Part shown: positions 57,278 to 64,000 of the stretch, piece after piece
How positions within the stretch are numbered: the first letter of the stretch is position 1
How the letters are laid out: each line of letters opens with the position of its first letter
Assembly (NCBI GenBank): GCA_964577965.1
Contig: CAZOAT010000002.1
Coordinates: forward strand, 4,698 to 68,697
DNA: 64,000 nucleotides
DNA from: an uncultured Gemmatimonadaceae bacterium
GTDB taxonomy: Bacteria > Gemmatimonadota > Gemmatimonadetes > Gemmatimonadales > Gemmatimonadaceae
Direction: 5' to 3'
Notes under the pieces: generated by a model
What the model saw: only the letters and a program-made list of their open reading frames with translations
What the model was told of the DNA's origin: nothing
Databases searched by the model: none
Translations under genes and position numbers: made by a program

Positions 57278-58711
57278 TCAGGCGACCGCCCGGGCAACGC
57301 GCTGAAACGCTCCCATGTATCGCCAGTGCGGGCGGGGCAGGTTCAGGATCGATGCAGCCCGCGTCAGGTAAGGCAGGACCCGTGATTGTGAGTCAGCCGA
57401 GAACATGAACCTGGGATGCGCGGTCGCGAACCGCCGGAGGCGGAGAACGATCTCTCCCGCATCCAGCACGGGTGACATGTAGAACCGCGGGGCGAGCAGT
57501 GCATCGCGCGACTCGACGACACCTTCGCTGAGTGCGATGCTGTGGAGCGTCGTGCCGGGGTAGATGCGCAGCCCGACCGTCACGTATACGGCATCCCCGC
57601 GGCCCAGCCGCCATCCGGCGAACGCCAGCGTCTCTTCGATGGTGGCCATCGTCTCACCCGGCCCACCGACGAGAAAGATCCACAACGCTTTCAATCCGGC
57701 TCGCTCGACCCGCTCGGCGGTCTCCCGTGCGCGCGCGACGGAGAAGCCCTTCTCCAGTCGGTCGAGCACCCGATCGCTCGCACTCTCAGCAGTGATTCCA
57801 ATCGCGCGGAAGCCGGCTGCACCCATCGCCGCGAGCAACTCGCGTGGAGCCACTGCCGGGGTGAAGTTCGTGGTTTCCAGCGTCACCGTGAGCCGACGGC
57901 GGGCGATCTCCTCGCAGACTTCCATCGCGTGCCCCGGCGGCGAGTTGAAGGTGGAATCCACGAAGTCGAAATGACGGACACCCGCTTCACGGTTCAACAG
58001 CTCGATCTCGTCGGCGACCAGTGCGGGCGCACGGGTGCGGTAGCCGAACCCCTCCACGTTGCGGTAGGTGCAGTAGATGCAGCGGAAGACGCAGCCGCGT
58101 TTCGTCTGGATTGGAATCGTTCCACCGTGCCGCTGGTATCTCCGGAGGTCGAACCAGTCGTGCAGCCGCGCAGGGGGCAGTGAATCCAGATCCGCCTCGT
58201 CACCGGGAGGGGCGAATTGCACGATCGAGCCCGAGCGCTGGACAATGCCTGGAATGCACCGTTCTTCTCTGGAAGCGAGCGACTCCACGAGCTCGACGGT
58301 CGCGCGTTCTCCGTCGCCGGCTACCCCGTAATCCACACCGAGTTCGGTGAAGAGGGCTTCAGGGGCGACGCCGAACGCAGCGCCACCGGCTATCACCGTA
58401 GCTCGTGGAGCCACCACCCGCAGCTCCTTCATGATCGCGATCGCTTCGGGGGTGTAGTGCCGAAGCATCATTGAATCGCTGTTGTCGATGTTTCTAACGG
58501 AAAGTCCGATCACGTCCGGCCGTACTGCGCGCACTGCCGCGCGAACCGACCGGATCGGTGTGCGGTCGAAGCAGAGATCGAGTGCGCGCACGTCATGGCC
58601 GGCAGCGCGGAGGGCAGACGCTACGCACCCGAGGCCATTGGGCACGACCGGATACGGCTGTCTCTCCCGGTTGGCGCTGACGAGCAGGACGCGCGCTCCG
58701 GGGGTACTCAC
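57278..58711 (-). CDS. B12-binding-domain radical SAM enzyme (class B)
   Basis: N-terminal cobalamin-binding-type domain (RVLLVSANRE..PVVPNGLGCVASALRAAGHDV) and radical SAM motif GCVFRCIYC. The GTG at 58711 overlaps the DUF92 stop (GTGA). Confidence 0.8.
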   Translation of the reverse strand: MSTPGARVLLVSANRERQPYPVVPNGLGCVASALRAAGHDVRALDLCFDRTPIRSVRAAVRAVRPDVIGLSVRNIDNSDSMMLRHYTPEAIAIMKELRVVAPRATVIAGGAAFGVAPEALFTELGVDYGVAGDGERATVELVESLASREERCIPGIVQRSGSIVQFAPPGDEADLDSLPPARLHDWFDLRRYQRHGGTIPIQTKRGCVFRCIYCTYRNVEGFGYRTRAPALVADEIELLNREAGVRHFDFVDSTFNSPPGHAMEVCEEIARRRLTVTLETTNFTPAVAPRELLAAMGAAGFRAIGITAESASDRVLDRLEKGFSVARARETAERVERAGLKALWIFLVGGPGETMATIEETLAFAGWRLGRGDAVYVTVGLRIYPGTTLHSIALSEGVVESRDALLAPRFYMSPVLDAGEIVLRLRRFATAHPRFMFSADSQSRVLPYLTRAASILNLPRPHWRYMGAFQRVARAVA

Positions 58712-59487
58712 GCAAGCACCGTCAGCAGTCCCACCGAGACTGCCCCACCAGACAGCGTCGCCAACGCGTTCACGAGGTCGTTCCGCAGCCCCGGAACGCC
58801 GCCGATGAATTCTGAGGGGTGTCCGCAGACGTGGACGAGTCGTTCGGTGCCGCGATCGCACGCGGGGCACCATCGCTGTTCCTGAACGGTTGCGCCGATT
58901 ATCGAGTCTGCCAGCATTCCCGCCACACCTCCGATGAGTAAAACCCACAGCGGGGCGTCCAATCCCAGCAGCCTGGCGCCAGCGGACACGATGAGCGCCC
59001 CGAGGATTCCTGCTCCTGTACCAGCAAGCGTTACGCCCCCGGAAGCGCCGGCTTGGACGGGCTTTGCCGTGACGATCGATCGGGGGACCTCACTGGACAG
59101 CAGTCCGAGCTCGGTCGCCCAGGTGTCGGCGCTCGAGGCTGCAAGTGCTCCCGCGGCGAACGCGACCCACACGGGCTCCCTCGTCAGCGCGTACATCACG
59201 GCGCCGGCGGCGAACGCGCCGCCGTTGGCCAGGACCTGCGCGGCATCGCGCGAGCCGCTCTTTTCGGGGAGTCCGCCTGCCTTCCTCACCTTGGCGTCAC
59301 GTCGAAGGCGGGAGACCGTGGTCGCCGCACCGAAGTACAGAAGCAGGAGAACCAGCCAGGCACCTCCGGCTGCTATCGCAGCGACGCCGGTAAGCAGGGC
59401 GGCCAGAACACCCGAGGCCGTCAGCCCCAGCGCGGCCGTCACGGCTCCATGCGATCTTTGTTCCTGTTGAAGCCATTTTCCCGGCAC
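58708..59487 (-). CDS. DUF92 / TMEM19-family integral membrane protein (VTE6-like)
   Basis: Polytopic protein. Conserved C-terminal region GMLADSIIGATVQ and Cys-containing loop CPACDRGTE. The start is uncertain; I chose the GTG at 59487, preceded by GGAGGG. ATG codons at 59541/59547 would abut the divergent gene. Confidence 0.6.
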   Translation of the reverse strand: MPGKWLQQEQRSHGAVTAALGLTASGVLAALLTGVAAIAAGGAWLVLLLLYFGAATTVSRLRRDAKVRKAGGLPEKSGSRDAAQVLANGGAFAAGAVMYALTREPVWVAFAAGALAASSADTWATELGLLSSEVPRSIVTAKPVQAGASGGVTLAGTGAGILGALIVSAGARLLGLDAPLWVLLIGGVAGMLADSIIGATVQEQRWCPACDRGTERLVHVCGHPSEFIGGVPGLRNDLVNALATLSGGAVSVGLLTVLA

Positions 59488-59545
59488 GTTAGGTTGCGCC
59501 CTCCGCTGCTTCTGTTTGCACCCCCGCCGCTCCGCCCACATCAGC

Positions 59546-60166
59546 ATGTCTGCAACCGTTGACGCACTCCTCCCGCTGAGCCTCCTCGAGGCAGTGCGTA
59601 CCCTGGATACTCCGGCGGGCGACGATGACGCGGAATACGTGGACGAGCTTCGCAGCAAACGCCTCGGCCTCAGCGACACCGTCTACGCACAGATCCGAAG
59701 GTACACGGAAGCCGCCAAGCGCAACGAGCGCCTTCCGATGAGCGAGGCCGTCGGAATAGCGCGACTCATTGGACGGCGTCCGGATGCCGACCGCATCTTC
59801 CGCGATGGCGGTACGTGGCTGGCGAATCAGGTACATAACCGCATTGCCCGGCCGGTACGCTGGATCATCCGCTTCCTGCCTTCGATCGTCGCACGACCGC
59901 TGGCCTTCCGACAGACGAGACTCGTCGCCGAACGGTATTACAACGGATCCATTGAGCGCGTCGGTTCGTTCGTGCTGCTCGCGGTGCCGGAGTCGCCGAC
60001 TGCCGGCTCCGCTCCGAATGCAGCCGGTTGTGTGTACTACGAGGCGAGCCTGGGAGTGATCCTTCAGAAGCTCCTCGACGCCGGCGGGCGAATCGAGCAT
60101 GTGCGGTGCGCTGACAAGGGCGACGGCGTGTGCCAGTGGCGCGCAGACTGGCGACAGGGGCGATGA
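59546..60166 (+). CDS. Hypothetical protein with V4R-like (4-vinyl-reductase-type) C-terminal signature
   Basis: C-terminus IEHVRCADKGDGVCQW resembles the E..C...GD..C.F ending of V4R small-molecule-binding domains. Weak, motif-level call only. Confidence 0.35.
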   Translation: MSATVDALLPLSLLEAVRTLDTPAGDDDAEYVDELRSKRLGLSDTVYAQIRRYTEAAKRNERLPMSEAVGIARLIGRRPDADRIFRDGGTWLANQVHNRIARPVRWIIRFLPSIVARPLAFRQTRLVAERYYNGSIERVGSFVLLAVPESPTAGSAPNAAGCVYYEASLGVILQKLLDAGGRIEHVRCADKGDGVCQWRADWRQGR

Positions 60167-61344
60167 GCACGCTCGCGCCTGCAACGCTGCCGCGCCTGCA
60201 GGAGGCGATCCGGGAGGCGGGCCTCGACGGCTGGCTCCTCTTCGATTTTCACGGAATAAATTCGATCGCCGCAGGGATGCTCCGCCTGGAGGGGTTCACG
60301 ACGCGCCGTGGCTTCGCCTGGATCCCTGCTACCGGCACTCCGACCGCGCTGTCGAACGCGATAGAGCAGGGGCCGTGGCGCAACTGGCCGGGTGAGTGGG
60401 AGATGGTCCAGTACAGCGGCTGGCGCTCGCTGGAGTCCTCGCTCGCGAAGCTCGTCGGAGGCAAGCGGGTGGCCATGGAATACTCACCTGGCGACGCGGT
60501 GCCATACCTCGATCGCGTTCCTGCAGGAGTTCTGGAGATGGTGCAGTCAGCCGGCGCGACGGTCTTCACATCGGCTGACCTCGTGACCGCGTTCTACGCG
60601 GTATGGACTGACGCGGACAGGGCTTCTCACGAACGGGCTGCCAGGGTCATCGCAGGCATCGCGCAGGCGGCGATTCGGCTTGCTGGCGAACGTGCATCCG
60701 CCCAGCCGATCACTGAGTACGAACTTGCTCAGTGGATACTGGCGCGGTTCGCCGACTCGGGACTGAGCACCGATCACGGTCCCATAGTGGCCGTCGGGCC
60801 GAACGCGGCGAATGCGCATTACGAGCCGCTGCCGGCCGTATCTCCACCCATCGAGCGCGGAACGATCCTGCTCGTCGATCTCTGGGCGAGGGAGGATGGG
60901 GGCGTCTTTGCCGATCAAACCTGGATGGCATCCCTCGGTGAGCCGGGCGAACGGGACGCGAAGGTCTGGACCGCCGTGCGCGAAGGGCGTGACGCTGCCA
61001 TCGACCTGCTGCGCGCGCGTCTCGGTGCAGACGCGCCGGTGAAGGGAGCTGACGTGGATGATGCAGCCCGCACCACTATCGAGCGTCACGGCTTCGGCGA
61101 GCGCTTCATCCACCGGACCGGCCATTCGATCGATTCGCGGGACCTGCACGGGTCAGGTCCCCACCTCGACAACTTCGAGACTCACGAGGAGAGAGCGCTG
61201 ATCCCCGGTGTCGGCTTCTCCATCGAGCCCGGGATCTACATTCCCGGCGAAGTCGGAATGCGCTCGGAAGTGAACGCTTTCATCGACGGACGCCAGCTGC
61301 TGGTCACCCCGGCCGAATATCAGCGCGATCTGTTGATAGTCTGA
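60163..61344 (+). CDS. M24-family metallopeptidase (Xaa-Pro aminopeptidase/dipeptidase-like)
   Basis: Trimmed to the ATG at 60163 (ATGA overlap). Metal-ligand contexts are VDLWA..DGGVFADQT, HRTGHSID, FSIEPGIY and RSEVNAFI. Confidence 0.8.
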   Translation: MSTLAPATLPRLQEAIREAGLDGWLLFDFHGINSIAAGMLRLEGFTTRRGFAWIPATGTPTALSNAIEQGPWRNWPGEWEMVQYSGWRSLESSLAKLVGGKRVAMEYSPGDAVPYLDRVPAGVLEMVQSAGATVFTSADLVTAFYAVWTDADRASHERAARVIAGIAQAAIRLAGERASAQPITEYELAQWILARFADSGLSTDHGPIVAVGPNAANAHYEPLPAVSPPIERGTILLVDLWAREDGGVFADQTWMASLGEPGERDAKVWTAVREGRDAAIDLLRARLGADAPVKGADVDDAARTTIERHGFGERFIHRTGHSIDSRDLHGSGPHLDNFETHEERALIPGVGFSIEPGIYIPGEVGMRSEVNAFIDGRQLLVTPAEYQRDLLIV

Positions 61345-62336
61345 AGGACTGCAGCGAGAGAGTCGGCGAGCGCGGCATCCTCCCCCGCTCCCAGCACCAT
61401 CGCGAACTTGCGGATCCCCATCGCGCGTGATTCGCGCACGAGTACTGCTGCCAGCCGTCCGTCGATCAGCCAGAGTTCTCCCCTGTCGGGAGCGCGTGCA
61501 AAAAGTGCCTGGCTCGCCTCATCCCTTCTGAGGCGTGCGCGCCACTCGCCCGCGAGGCGAACTCCATCATGGAACCCTATCGCCCGCGGGAGCGAATCGC
61601 GGTGCCACACATATCCGTGCAAAGGCAGCAGCACGATCAGCCTGCCGCGCCCCACTTCGGCACCACGGAGCCCCACCGAGCGCCGGATGTCCTCGATGGT
61701 GACAGGCGGGCCGGGTGAGGCAAGCGGCACAGGCGGTCCCACGCTCACCAGCAGCGCGTCGGCGATACCAGCCAGCTCGCGCGACGGATAGCCCGCAGTG
61801 TCCGTCCCCGCGACGGCGATCGCTATCTCCGATGCCGGCGCCAGGCGTGCGCTGCGGCTCATGTCGCTCAGGCCGGTCAGCATCGCGTCCCGCTCGCGCG
61901 GCGAGATCGCTCCCGGCAGGAACACGACCGTATGCAGCGACTCAGCGGCCACGATCGTGCGCAGTGCGGCGGCGGCGCGCCTCCGACCGGCCGTGTCGGC
62001 TTGCAACAGCCGGAGAAGCGTCGCAGGCTCGCGAGAAGGACCACCGAACGTCACGAGCCCTGCGCGCCGGCTGAAGGGGAACGAGTCAGCGGAAAACTCG
62101 ACACGCTCGATCACCCACTGTCCCGTGCGACTCACGTCCAGCCGCAGCAGGCGCGACACCGTGCTCGTGGTCGGTGTGAGCGGCACCATACGGCTCAGAC
62201 CGTCCACCGCCGCGATCGGGGAAAGGCCGGACGGCGCCGCGATCGCTCCTGGAACGAGCAGAAGCTCGACACTTTCGGCCATCGGCTGCTGAACCGGAAC
62301 ACAGGCAGCCTGTACCATGGTATAGACTGCAGCCAT
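61320..62336 (-). CDS. Hypothetical protein
   Basis: Long ORF with coding-like composition and no recognised family. The start is uncertain (ATG at 62336, 62318 or 62282). The 3' end overlaps the peptidase gene by 25 nt. Confidence 0.4.
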   Translation of the reverse strand: MAAVYTMVQAACVPVQQPMAESVELLLVPGAIAAPSGLSPIAAVDGLSRMVPLTPTTSTVSRLLRLDVSRTGQWVIERVEFSADSFPFSRRAGLVTFGGPSREPATLLRLLQADTAGRRRAAAALRTIVAAESLHTVVFLPGAISPRERDAMLTGLSDMSRSARLAPASEIAIAVAGTDTAGYPSRELAGIADALLVSVGPPVPLASPGPPVTIEDIRRSVGLRGAEVGRGRLIVLLPLHGYVWHRDSLPRAIGFHDGVRLAGEWRARLRRDEASQALFARAPDRGELWLIDGRLAAVLVRESRAMGIRKFAMVLGAGEDAALADSLAAVLQTINRSR

Positions 62337-62404
62337 GCGGATTCCGGACGCGGTCCGCTTCCAGGCTTTCACCCGGGGTATTCTTTGTGCGTCCGTCATT
62401 TCCA

Positions 62405-63244
62405 ATGAAGATGCGTCGCCGACTCCTGCCCGCCACCCTGGCCGGCGTACTCGCGATCCCGATGCTGGCCTGTTCCGGCGGGGACCGACCGGCCTATGCC
62501 CGCTCCGCGGAGGTCGAACGCGGAGTGACGATCGTCGATCCGCCGGAGGGGGTCTACACCCCGATCGCGGTGCAGAATGGCGGGAGCATCGCCGGGTCTG
62601 TGCGCTTCACGGGTGAAGCACCCGAGGATTCGACCATTGCAATCACGCGCGACGAGCGGGTCTGCGGGAACACTTTGCGCCGGATCACTGTCGAGACATC
62701 CGGAGATCGGGTCGCCGGTGCGCTCGTGTGGCTGGCGGACGTGCGTAGCGGTCGGGCCTTGCCGCTTGCGAAGAGGTTCGAGCTCGTGCAGACCCGCTGT
62801 ACCTTCGGGCCGTTGGCTCAGGTGGCGATCGCGGGCGGGGCCCTGAACGTGCGCTCGGACGACGCCGTGCAGACCCGCACGGTGGTAGTGGACACGAGAA
62901 CGCTGGACACGCTGGCGGTGCTCCCCTTCAACAGCCCCGGCGCCCTCGTTCCGCTCGACGCACAGTTGCGGCGGCCGGCCATGCTCGAGATCCGTTCCAC
63001 CACGCATCCATGGATGGAGGCGTGGGTGGCGGTGCTCGATCACCCGTACTTCGCCACGACGAACAGGGACGGGTCGTTCACGATCGAGGCGATCCCGGCC
63101 GGGAGTTATCAGGTGAAGGCGTGGCATCCGCGATTCGGGCTCACGACCGGTACTGCTGCCGTTCAGGCGGGCGGAACGTCGACCGTCGAGCTGGAGTTCG
63201 GCGCCGGCAGCGGGAACGAAGCGGCGGCGGTAGCTCAGAGGTAG
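62405..63244 (+). CDS. Lipoprotein with C-terminal carboxypeptidase-regulatory-like (Ig-like) domain
   Basis: MKMRRRLLPATLAGVLAIPMLACSGG signal/lipobox. The C-terminus NRDGSFTIEAIPAGSYQVKAWH is typical of CarboxypepD_reg-type domains. Confidence 0.6.
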   Translation: MKMRRRLLPATLAGVLAIPMLACSGGDRPAYARSAEVERGVTIVDPPEGVYTPIAVQNGGSIAGSVRFTGEAPEDSTIAITRDERVCGNTLRRITVETSGDRVAGALVWLADVRSGRALPLAKRFELVQTRCTFGPLAQVAIAGGALNVRSDDAVQTRTVVVDTRTLDTLAVLPFNSPGALVPLDAQLRRPAMLEIRSTTHPWMEAWVAVLDHPYFATTNRDGSFTIEAIPAGSYQVKAWHPRFGLTTGTAAVQAGGTSTVELEFGAGSGNEAAAVAQR

Positions 63245-63256
63245 CGGCGGGAACGG

Positions 63257-64000
63257 TCAGCGGATGAGCGCGCGGTCAATCGCCATCGCCACAAACAGCA
63301 CAGCCAGGTAGAGCAGTGAGAAGCGGTAAATCCGCCACGCCTCGCCGGCCGGGTTCTCGCTGCGCATCAGATGCAGCAGCTTTCCGAGGAAGATCGCACC
63401 CGAGACGAGCGCGACGGCGAAGTACCACCACCCCAGCACGCCGAGAGCGATCGGAAGCAGCGTGAGTGGCAGCAGGACGACCGCGTACCAGACCATCTCG
63501 CTCATCGTCTCACGCTCTCCCCAGACGAGCGGCGCCATGGGGACGCCGGCCCGGCCATACTCGTGCTGCTTGAGAATGGCAAGCGCCCAGAAATGCGGTG
63601 GCGTCCAGTAGAAGACTATGGCGAACAGGTACAGCGCCGGCACTTCGATGTGGCCGGTTACCGCAGCCCATCCGACCAGGGGCGGGAAGGCGCCCGCAGC
63701 ACCTCCGATCACGATGTTCTGCGGCGTGCTGCGCTTCAGCCACCTGGTATACACGAAGACGTAGAAATAGAAGCCGCCAAGTGCGAGCACTGCGGTGAGG
63801 GTGTTCGCGAAGCTCGCGAGCAGATAGGTGGCAGCTGTTGCGAGCGCCACACCGAACGCGAGTACGGCCAGAGGTGCCATCCGGCCGCTCGGGAGTGGCC
63901 GCCTTCGCGTGCGCACCATCAGATCGTCTATGTCGCGATCGAAGTACATGTTGATCGCGTTCGCACCGCCGGCCATGAGGTAGCCACCAACGAGCACGAT
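63257..64000 (-). CDS. ctaB: Protoheme IX farnesyltransferase (heme O synthase), 5' end outside window
   Basis: UbiA-family polytopic protein with NAINMYFDRDIDDLMVRTRRRPLPSG. The ORF is open to the right edge. Confidence 0.8.
   Translation of the reverse strand: MVLVGGYLMAGGANAINMYFDRDIDDLMVRTRRRPLPSGRMAPLAVLAFGVALATAATYLLASFANTLTAVLALGGFYFYVFVYTRWLKRSTPQNIVIGGAAGAFPPLVGWAAVTGHIEVPALYLFAIVFYWTPPHFWALAILKQHEYGRAGVPMAPLVWGERETMSEMVWYAVVLLPLTLLPIALGVLGWWYFAVALVSGAIFLGKLLHLMRSENPAGEAWRIYRFSLLYLAVLFVAMAIDRALIR

Noticed and set aside
59488-59545. Cobalamin riboswitch or other leader element upstream of the B12-radical SAM operon.
   Set aside because: The divergent gap is only about 58 nt, far shorter than a cobalamin aptamer, and no conserved B12-box-like sequence is visible.
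53090-60166. Reading the BchE-like, BchP-like, BchJ(V4R)-like and methyltransferase genes as a remnant bacteriochlorophyll/photosynthesis gene cluster.
   Set aside because: The window has no Mg-chelatase, protochlorophyllide or chlorin reductase, bchG, puf/puh or carotenoid genes. The operon also contains KAS II, SRPBCC and flavin reductase genes that have no place in that pathway. The radical SAM protein is about 100 aa shorter than typical BchE.
1-64000. Search for rRNA, tRNA, CRISPR arrays, IS elements, integrases, prophage genes and toxin-antitoxin pairs.
   Set aside because: Intergenic gaps are short (mostly under 160 nt), and none folds into a tRNA-like cloverleaf by eye. I saw no direct-repeat/spacer periodicity and no transposase, integrase, capsid or terminase-like ORFs. 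I did not detect any long exact repeats, but I could not run a systematic repeat search.

Overview
This is a densely coding, very GC-rich chromosomal segment (third codon positions are mostly G/C). I support about 68 protein-coding genes. I found no rRNA, tRNA, CRISPR array, transposase or integrase. Many neighbouring genes share 4-nt start/stop overlaps (ATGA or GTGA), so most of the window is organised as long operons. The gene content suggests a high-GC soil bacterium, possibly Gemmatimonadota-like, but that is a weak inference. Layout: (i) 1-8.2 kb holds a TolB-like gene (5' partial), then a minus-strand array: deoxyhypusine-synthase-like, lipoprotein, HD, thrC, queE, queC, DCC oxidoreductase, aguA, aguB. 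(ii) 9.0-21.5 kb holds 13 co-directional, mostly overlapping genes: four NAD(P) sugar oxidoreductases, a GT4, three CgeB-like glycosyltransferase paralogues, a methyltransferase, an apparently circularly permuted clan GH-A hydrolase, a histidine phosphatase and a DUF2254 membrane protein. No export or priming genes are present. (iii) 21.4-32.4 kb holds acnA, a patatin-ferredoxin fusion, a kynureninase-like gene, psuG, two TPR proteins and an M16 peptidase. (iv) 32.4-40 kb holds envelope and redox genes (CDP-alcohol phosphatidyltransferase, DsbA-VKOR pair) and acs. (v) 40.2-47.8 kb is a tetrapyrrole operon headed by a fused siroheme-decarboxylase-like gene, followed by cobA-hemD, hemC, hemB and abgT. 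(vi) 47.8-53 kb holds msrA, small hypotheticals, an aldo/keto reductase, an FRG-domain protein, DUF2905, DUF167, NUDIX and an aquaporin. (vii) 53.1-59.5 kb is a seven-gene minus-strand operon: DUF92, B12-binding radical SAM, geranylgeranyl-reductase-family flavoprotein, flavin reductase, SAM methyltransferase, SRPBCC, KAS II. (viii) 59.5-64 kb holds a V4R-like protein coupled to an M24 peptidase, a hypothetical, a lipoprotein and ctaB (partial). The two best candidates for undescribed biology are the lipid or prenyl-tailoring operon in (vii) and the exporter-less glycan operon in (ii). All functional calls come from motif and family recognition by eye. No database search was run.
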